DNA of 64,000 nucleotides from Poseidonia sp. (GTDB taxonomy: Archaea > Thermoplasmatota > Poseidoniia > Poseidoniales > Poseidoniaceae). The notes under the pieces were generated by a model. That model was not told the origin of the DNA and did no database searches. It saw nothing but the letters and a program-made list of their open reading frames with translations. Positions 58,063 through 64,000 of the stretch are shown here, one piece after another. The position numbers and the translations under genes are program-made. Where the stretch lies: contig JBDQNU010000006.1 in the NCBI GenBank assembly GCA_040261535.1, positions 3,033-67,032 of the forward strand, read 5' to 3'. Position 1 is the stretch's first letter. Each line of letters starts with the position of its first letter.

Positions 58063-58910
58063 TGACTCCTCATGTCGCCGTTTTGTTCGGTTTTGGAATC
58101 AATTGCGACCACGAGACAAAAGCCGTGTTCGAACTCGTAGGAGCCACAGCGGAGCGAGTCCACGTCAACCGTTTTGTTTCGGGCGCCGCATCGCTCTCGG
58201 ACTACGACATTCTCGCCGTTCCCGGGGGCTTCTCGTTCGGTGATCATTTGGGAAGCGGGCGACTCTTGGGCAACCGGATGCGTTTTGCCATGCGCGACGC
58301 TCTGCGAGCGTTCGTGGACGCCGGCAAACCCATCATCGGTATTTGCAACGGGTTTCAAGTGCTGGTGAAAACCGGCCTTTTGCCGGGTCCCGAAGCCAAC
58401 CAGTCCCCGGATTTCATCCAGCGGGCCAGTCTCACGTTGAACGATAGCGGACGTTACGAAGACCGGTGGGTGACCTTGGAATTTGACTCCGAAAGCCCCT
58501 GCATCTGGACGAAGGGCATGACGCGAATGGAATGCCCCGTCCGTCACGGCGAAGGCAAGTTCGTGATGCCGTCGGCCGAGGATTTGGACCGGCTTGCGGC
58601 CAACCGTCAGTTAACGGTGCGGTACGTGGACCCCAAAGCCCCCGCCGACACCCACTCAAGCGATTCGGTTTTGCCGTACCCGATCAGTCCAAACGGAAGC
58701 ATGCGAAACATTGCAGGCATTTGCGACAGCACCGGCCTCGTGTTTGGGCTTATGCCGCATCCCGAGGCCGTGTACGCTCGCTGGCTCCATCCCAACCACA
58801 CCCATCCTTCATCGAAGGCCGTTGGCGACGCGATGGACGGCTGGGAGGGCGAAGGACTGCAACTCTTCCGGAACGCCGTTGACCACGTTAAAGCCACACG
58901 TCAGGGATGA
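58062..58910 (+). CDS. purQ: Phosphoribosylformylglycinamidine synthase I (glutaminase subunit PurQ).
   Basis: GICNGFQ GATase motif. Overlaps the purL stop. Confidence 0.8.
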   Translation: MTPHVAVLFGFGINCDHETKAVFELVGATAERVHVNRFVSGAASLSDYDILAVPGGFSFGDHLGSGRLLGNRMRFAMRDALRAFVDAGKPIIGICNGFQVLVKTGLLPGPEANQSPDFIQRASLTLNDSGRYEDRWVTLEFDSESPCIWTKGMTRMECPVRHGEGKFVMPSAEDLDRLAANRQLTVRYVDPKAPADTHSSDSVLPYPISPNGSMRNIAGICDSTGLVFGLMPHPEAVYARWLHPNHTHPSSKAVGDAMDGWEGEGLQLFRNAVDHVKATRQG

Positions 58911-58913
58911 AGC

Positions 58914-59984
58914 ATGCCCGAGGTGGAGCGCCAAACCTCCATCGACGCATTGCGCGGTTTGGCCGTGCTGCTGATGGTGATGGTGCACGCCGCAGCAACA
59001 TGGACCCCAGCAAATGCATCGGAGTTGACGGTTTTAGCGACCGTCGTCTCCGGTTTCGGCGGACTCGCCGCTCCCTTGTTTGTCACGTTGTTTGGTTGGG
59101 GCCTTCTTCAGCGTTCGCGAACATGGTCGGAGCGATGGCGGCAGGCGGCCTTTCTTTTCGTCTGCCAGACAGGAGTCAACCTTTCAGCGCCCCATTTGTT
59201 CCAACCTTTCACACCAGGCGTCCTTTCGCTGATGGGGTTGATGATTCTCTCCGAGCCCTTGTGGGCGGCACCATGGCGAACAGGTCGAACCCCGTTCAAC
59301 GTCTTCCTCATCGTTGCGGCGACCATGCTCGCCTTCCTTTGGTTCGCACATCCTCTGCAGGGGCCTTCCAACTGGGATGCACGGGTTGAAACGGCAACCG
59401 CTTTCGAGATCGCATCGCATTTGCTTTTGACGGGCACGTATCCGTTGCTCCCTTGGGTTCTTTTTGGTGCGTTTGGTGCAACAATCGCTCTCCAACGGGG
59501 ACGCCGCCCCCTCGTTTTCACGTTCGCCGTTGGGATGGGAATTTCGGCGGTTGTGCTGTTTCTGGCACTTTCAACCAACACGCCATGGGCGTTGCCGACC
59601 GGCGAGGCCGCCCTGACGTTTTTTCCAGCAAACGGTCCGTTTTTGATCGCCGCCTTGACCGGCGTGAGCCTGTTTTGGTTGTTGGTTGATGGCAGAACAT
59701 GGATGAACGGGTTAGCGGGGGCCGGACGATGCAGCCTCACCCTCTACGTCGCTCATTTCCTCCCGTTGTTTTGGCTGCATACCTTGGACGAGCAGGGCTC
59801 GTGGACGCTCAATCTTTCCATGGCCGTTACGGTGGTTTACACGGCAACGTGGATGGTCGTTGGAACGTTCTGGTGGAAACAGCGCCCTCAGTGGACGCTC
59901 GAGGCTGCTTGGAGGCGTTGGAGTCGCCGCCCAAGCTCACCGTTGCATGAGCAGGTGGTACGCGTCGAAGGCGTAGAACACTGA
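58914..59984 (+). CDS. Polytopic membrane protein of the DUF1624 / HGSNAT-like transmembrane acyltransferase family.
   Basis: IDALRGLAVLLMVMVHA N-terminal motif with conserved His. About 10 TM. Confidence 0.45.
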   Translation: MPEVERQTSIDALRGLAVLLMVMVHAAATWTPANASELTVLATVVSGFGGLAAPLFVTLFGWGLLQRSRTWSERWRQAAFLFVCQTGVNLSAPHLFQPFTPGVLSLMGLMILSEPLWAAPWRTGRTPFNVFLIVAATMLAFLWFAHPLQGPSNWDARVETATAFEIASHLLLTGTYPLLPWVLFGAFGATIALQRGRRPLVFTFAVGMGISAVVLFLALSTNTPWALPTGEAALTFFPANGPFLIAALTGVSLFWLLVDGRTWMNGLAGAGRCSLTLYVAHFLPLFWLHTLDEQGSWTLNLSMAVTVVYTATWMVVGTFWWKQRPQWTLEAAWRRWSRRPSSPLHEQVVRVEGVEH

Positions 59985-60575
59985 GAACCCAAGCATCACC
60001 GTGCCGCATCCTGCAAGCAGGCGTTTGTAGGCGGCCACGGAAAGGTCGTCGCTTGCTCGGTGAATCGCATAAGCCACACCAACCTTGGTCAACATGAGCG
60101 TGACGAGGAAGGACACGGCGTAGGCAACGGGAGCAAGGAGTTCCTCTTCGACCACGGAGGCCATCAAGGGTCCTCCGATCAAGAACCAGAAGACGTACAC
60201 GTTGGGGTTAAGCAGGTTGGTCACGACGCCTCGCAGAAACGAGTCTTTGGGCAGACCCGACTCGATTGTCCCGGGGGCGGGGGGCTCGAGCCGGAAGCAT
60301 TCCAGGCCCATCTTTGCGAGAAAGAGAGCACCGGCAACGGTGATGGCCAGCAGCACCGACGGGTTTGTCGCAATCCACGCCGCAGCGAAGAGGCTCAGAA
60401 TGACCAACGGCCCGTCCGAAAAGATCGGGGCGGCCGCTGTCCAAACTCCAGCACGCAACCCTCCAGAGAGGGTTTCTCGAATCACCATCGTGAGCAGAGG
60501 CCCAGGCTTCAACCCTTCAACCACGCCGAGCAGTATGCCCGCCAAGGCAAGACTGAGAACGAGGCCGACCTCCAT
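59937..60575 (-). CDS. LysE/RhtB family translocator (second copy).
   Basis: LKPGP motif and a 6-TM profile. 212 aa. Confidence 0.6.
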   Translation of the reverse strand: MEVGLVLSLALAGILLGVVEGLKPGPLLTMVIRETLSGGLRAGVWTAAAPIFSDGPLVILSLFAAAWIATNPSVLLAITVAGALFLAKMGLECFRLEPPAPGTIESGLPKDSFLRGVVTNLLNPNVYVFWFLIGGPLMASVVEEELLAPVAYAVSFLVTLMLTKVGVAYAIHRASDDLSVAAYKRLLAGCGTVMLGFSVFYAFDAYHLLMQR

Positions 60576-60681
60576 TGGAAGACGCTCCCCGACACCGGTC
60601 TTTGACTGCGTCGCTCGTCAACCGTTGAGGCGCAGCGGACGAATCCGCCACACCTCGCTGGTGTGAGAACCGTCGAAGGCT

Positions 60682-61548
60682 TCACTCAGCTGCGAGAGCT
60701 TCGGTAGCCTTCTTGGCGCCCATCCATGCAACGATACCGAAGCCGATCTTGTTGATCACGTCGGCGATGTTGTACAGGACGGCCATGACTTCAGCCGAAA
60801 CAGCATCGGAAACGCCAGCGGTGGGGTTGAACAAGTAGCCGATGGGGTAGATGACCCAGCCGACGACGATGAACCAGCGCAGAGCGTTGGTGCTCCACAT
60901 GAGTTCTGGTGCGATCTTGCTGTTGTCAACACCCTTTCCGGAGGACCATGGGGTACCGGTGGCCACGATGATCATGGCCCAGCCAACACCACCGAGGATG
61001 AGGCCGAGCATGCCGTCAATGGCGCCGGACTCGCCGAGGTAGCCGAATCCAATCATGATGAGGGCACCGGTGAAACAAATGCCGGTGAATCCGAGGCCGA
61101 GGAATTTGTCGTCGGTGATGGCGTCCTTCCCAACCAAGGATGGGAACTTGAGGGCCATCAAGGGGACGGTGATGATCCAGTCCATGTATCGGTATTCGAT
61201 GGAGACCTCGCCGTAGTCGGCGTAAACGCCGCGCATGTAGTAGTAGTGGAAGGCTGCGATACCGACGATGAGGGCCGAGATGGTCATCGTGGTTCGGTAT
61301 TGCGGTGCGACGGAGTTTCGCTCCGACATGAAGAAGACGAAGGCTGCACCCATGGCGATGTAACCCACGAAAAAGAGGAAGAAGGTGACGAGTTGGAGGG
61401 TGTCATCCACGCCGTCGGAAAGGAAGTCCGGGAGGCCGTTGCTGCCCTTTTCGTAGGGGGCAACAGCGGACACGGTCCCTGCGAAAGCGAGGGTCATGGT
61501 GGCGATCAAAAGCAGGCTGGTTGTTTTTGAGAAGGTTTCGGTTTTCAT
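60682..61548 (-). CDS. Proteorhodopsin-family microbial rhodopsin with signal peptide. DTK motif (Lys at the proton-donor position) and Met at tuning position 105.
   Basis: Helix C RYMDWIITVPLMALKF aligns to PR RYIDWLLTVPLLICEF. Helix G YNIADVINKIGFG contains the Schiff-base Lys. Probable start MKTETFSK at 61548. Confidence 0.85.
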   Translation of the reverse strand: MKTETFSKTTSLLLIATMTLAFAGTVSAVAPYEKGSNGLPDFLSDGVDDTLQLVTFFLFFVGYIAMGAAFVFFMSERNSVAPQYRTTMTISALIVGIAAFHYYYMRGVYADYGEVSIEYRYMDWIITVPLMALKFPSLVGKDAITDDKFLGLGFTGICFTGALIMIGFGYLGESGAIDGMLGLILGGVGWAMIIVATGTPWSSGKGVDNSKIAPELMWSTNALRWFIVVGWVIYPIGYLFNPTAGVSDAVSAEVMAVLYNIADVINKIGFGIVAWMGAKKATEALAAE

Positions 61549-61575
61549 GGTTCTCAGACTGCCACCTTCCAAGTG

Positions 61576-61585
61576 AATATATAAA
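61576..61585 (-). promoter_or_regulatory. TATA-box-like element (TTTATATATT on the minus strand) 28-37 nt upstream of the rhodopsin start.
   Basis: AT-rich 10-mer in GC-rich context at the archaeal TATA distance. Implies a leaderless or very short-leader transcript. Confidence 0.45.
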
Positions 61586-61619
61586 GAGGTGTATTTTTGC
61601 TATCTTTCGCGCGGCGATT

Positions 61620-63455
61620 TTAACGGTTCCCCGCACTTCCCGTCTGCACCGCCCACAGCTTCGCATAGATCCCGTCTTGTTGGATGAGCGTTTCATGAGC
61701 ACCGTCCTCAGCGATGGCTCCCTGGTCGAGAACCACGATGCGGTCAGCATGGCGCACGGTGGAAAGACGGTGGGCAATCACAATCGTCGTTCTACCCTTC
61801 GATATTCGTTGAATACTCCGCTGCAGCGCCGCCTCGGTTTCGTTGTCAACCGCCGATGTCGCTTCGTCCAACACGAGCAGTGGAGCATCTTTGAGAACCG
61901 CTCGTGCGATGGCCACGCGTTGTCGTTGTCCTCCTGACAAGCGATGACCGCCTTCGCCAACCAACGTATCCCAACCGCACGGTAGGGACTCAACAAAGGC
62001 AGCGGCTTCAGCAACTTCGGCGGCTTTCACGACTTCTTCGTCGGTGGCTCCAGGGCGCCCGTATCGAATATTTTCAAGGATGCTCGTCGGAAACAGCGTG
62101 ATGTGCTGGTCAACCAAAGCGATGGATGAGCGCAACGCTTGAAGTCGCCATTCGGCAAGCGGCTCGTCGCACCACACGACGCTACCCCGGTTGGGTTCAA
62201 CAAAACGAAGGAGGAGGCGGATAAGCGTGGTTTTTCCCGCTCCCGTGGAGCCCACAACGCCAGTGGTTTTCCCCGCTTCGAACGTCAACGAGAACCCGTC
62301 GAACAGCGCGTCACGGTCCGAATATGCAAAGGCGACGTCGTCCAGGACGAGCGGACTTGAAGCCACGGTGGTTCGTTCGGGCTCAAACGTTCCTTGTTTG
62401 AGCGCGATGGGTGCATCCAAGACATCGAGCACACGGGTCGACGACGCCATGGCGCGCTGATACAAGTCGAACGTTTCGCCGAGTCTTGTTAGGGGCCAAA
62501 GAAGGCGCTGCGTCATGAAAACAAGAACGGAATAAGCACCCACTGCCAGGGCTCCATCCAACGTCAACCAACCTCCCAAAAGAAGCGTTGCCGTGAACCC
62601 GACCAAGATGGCCATTCGGATGAGAGGCGTGAAGGCTGCTGAGAGCCGAATCGCTTCCCGGTTTGCCTCACGATAGGCATTGCTGAGCGAACGAACACGT
62701 TCCAATTCGTGCTGTTCAGCCGTAAAGGATTGAACCGTCGACATGCCGGAGAGGTCGTTTTCGAGCAGGGCGTTCATCTGACCGGCGGCAGAACGCACCT
62801 TGGCATACCGTGGTTCGAGACTGCGTTGATAGCGAAACGAACCCCAGACGATGAGCGGGATGGGCAGAACGGCAAACAACGCAACCTGCCACGAGATGGC
62901 AAGAAAGACCGCTCCGACCACCACCACGGTGGTGCTGACCTGCAACAGGTCGTTGGCTCCCTTGTCCAAAAACCGCTCAAGTTGGTTGATATCGTCGTTC
63001 AAGATGGCGAGAATATCCCCTTTCTGTCGGCCGTCAAACCACGCCATGCCCTGTTTTTGGACGTGGTCAAACGTGTCGAGCCGCAACTCGTGCTGCACGG
63101 TTTGAGCCAAGTTACGCCACAAAACGCCGTAGAAATATTCGAACAACGATTCCAAGCCCCAGATGAGAAAGGTCAACACCGAAAGGGCCACCAGTTGGTG
63201 CCAAGGGTCAACGACACCGAGGCCAGCGAGGGTTGACTCCTCCTTTAGCACGACGACATCGACGGCGAGCCCGATCAACAACGGCGGGGCAAGGTCCCAA
63301 ATCTTGTTGACGATGGAACAGAACGTGGCCAGTCGTACCGTGCCTCGATGCGGGCGCATGAACGTCAGCAATCGTCGAAACGGACCACCTTCGCTCATGT
63401 GCTGGCCAGCAAGCGGTCCTTTGAGAAGGCTCCCGTGCCCACGCATGCAGCGCAA
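61620..63455 (-). CDS. ABC exporter, fused TMD-NBD (MsbA/ABCB-like).
   Basis: 6-TM N-terminal domain, then Walker A GSTGAGKTTL, signature LSGGQRQRV, Walker B LVLDEATSAVD. Confidence 0.8.
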   Translation of the reverse strand: MRCMRGHGSLLKGPLAGQHMSEGGPFRRLLTFMRPHRGTVRLATFCSIVNKIWDLAPPLLIGLAVDVVVLKEESTLAGLGVVDPWHQLVALSVLTFLIWGLESLFEYFYGVLWRNLAQTVQHELRLDTFDHVQKQGMAWFDGRQKGDILAILNDDINQLERFLDKGANDLLQVSTTVVVVGAVFLAISWQVALFAVLPIPLIVWGSFRYQRSLEPRYAKVRSAAGQMNALLENDLSGMSTVQSFTAEQHELERVRSLSNAYREANREAIRLSAAFTPLIRMAILVGFTATLLLGGWLTLDGALAVGAYSVLVFMTQRLLWPLTRLGETFDLYQRAMASSTRVLDVLDAPIALKQGTFEPERTTVASSPLVLDDVAFAYSDRDALFDGFSLTFEAGKTTGVVGSTGAGKTTLIRLLLRFVEPNRGSVVWCDEPLAEWRLQALRSSIALVDQHITLFPTSILENIRYGRPGATDEEVVKAAEVAEAAAFVESLPCGWDTLVGEGGHRLSGGQRQRVAIARAVLKDAPLLVLDEATSAVDNETEAALQRSIQRISKGRTTIVIAHRLSTVRHADRIVVLDQGAIAEDGAHETLIQQDGIYAKLWAVQTGSAGNR

Positions 63456-63494
63456 GCCCTATGCCCTTTCCCCAACGACCTCGCAACGAGTCGC

Positions 63495-64000
63495 ATGAAC
63501 GTCGGTGAAGGTTCGGTGCTTTCCAAAGTCTGCAGGCCGACCGAGGGCGCCCGCCACATCACGCTCATCGACCCGGCTAAACAATCTCCGGAGGTGGCCG
63601 CGAAGCGAGCCATGGTCGCCGTGGAATGCGGGACGGCGATGATTTTTGTTGGAGGGTCAACCGACACCCCCGATACGGTGGTTCATGCGACCTGTGTGGC
63701 CATTCAGGAGGCGCTTGAGTTGCGAATCTTTGCAGCAAGCCAAGATCCAGAGGGCGACGAAGGACGTTGGGACATTCCTGTTGTTCTGTTCCCGGGGGGC
63801 GCTCACGCCCTTTCTCCGGCCGCTGACGCCATCACCTTCATGATGCTCATGAACTCAACAAAGCGGGAATTCCTCGTTGGTGAACAGGTCCGAGGTGCAC
63901 CGCACCTGGAACGCTTTGGGGTCGAGGCCTTGCCCACCGGATACGTCGTGTGTGCGCCTGGCGGGCGGGTTGGCGAGGTTGGGGCAGCCGAACTGCTTGA
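63495..64000 (+). CDS. Geranylgeranylglyceryl phosphate synthase (GGGPS/PcrB family), N-terminal part. Continues beyond the window end.
   Basis: HITLIDPAK...FVGGST...PVVLFPG pattern of the (beta/alpha)8 GGGPS family. Not in the ORF track because it has no in-window stop. Confidence 0.6.
   Translation, partial: MNVGEGSVLSKVCRPTEGARHITLIDPAKQSPEVAAKRAMVAVECGTAMIFVGGSTDTPDTVVHATCVAIQEALELRIFAASQDPEGDEGRWDIPVVLFPGGAHALSPAADAITFMMLMNSTKREFLVGEQVRGAPHLERFGVEALPTGYVVCAPGGRVGEVGAAELL

Overview
High-GC (~60%) prokaryotic chromosomal window, densely coding on both strands, with short intergenic gaps and many 1-4 nt start/stop overlaps. Gene content points to an archaeon rather than a bacterium: diphthine synthase, a Trm5-type tRNA methyltransferase, stand-alone AlaX, a HerA-family ATPase, a geranylgeranyl reductase, and a partial geranylgeranylglyceryl-phosphate synthase at the 3' edge. 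A proteorhodopsin-type rhodopsin with Met at the spectral-tuning position, many secreted peptidases, and TATA-like boxes ~25-35 nt upstream of start codons suggest a Marine Group II/Poseidoniales-like planktonic euryarchaeon; this is inference. I found one tRNA (tRNA-Leu GAG, long variable arm) and no rRNA, CRISPR array, transposase or integrase. Housekeeping content includes GuaA-A, UvrA, a PurS-PurL fusion plus PurQ, PyrF, GSII-type glutamine synthetase, a fur-katG operon, a tungstate/molybdate ABC system next to MoeA, and an MsbA-like ABC exporter. The most unusual elements are: (i) a HerA/DUF87 ATPase fused to a C-terminal polytopic membrane domain; (ii) a lower-GC ferredoxin / FAD-oxidoreductase / front-end-type lipid desaturase operon next to a lower-GC beta-CASP RNase; (iii) a secreted-protein cluster with duplicated M28 peptidases flanking SCO1, an LVIVD beta-propeller and a C-terminally anchored glycoprotein, several of which share an 'SGCFGE' lipobox-like motif; (iv) two unknown membrane proteins immediately downstream of the tRNA; (v) edge-truncated genes not in the ORF track, namely a very acidic secreted protein with an LDL-receptor-A-like motif at 1..1411(-) and GGGP synthase at 63495..64000(+). 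Coordinates of starts are best guesses; several ORF-track ORFs probably begin at internal Met codons.
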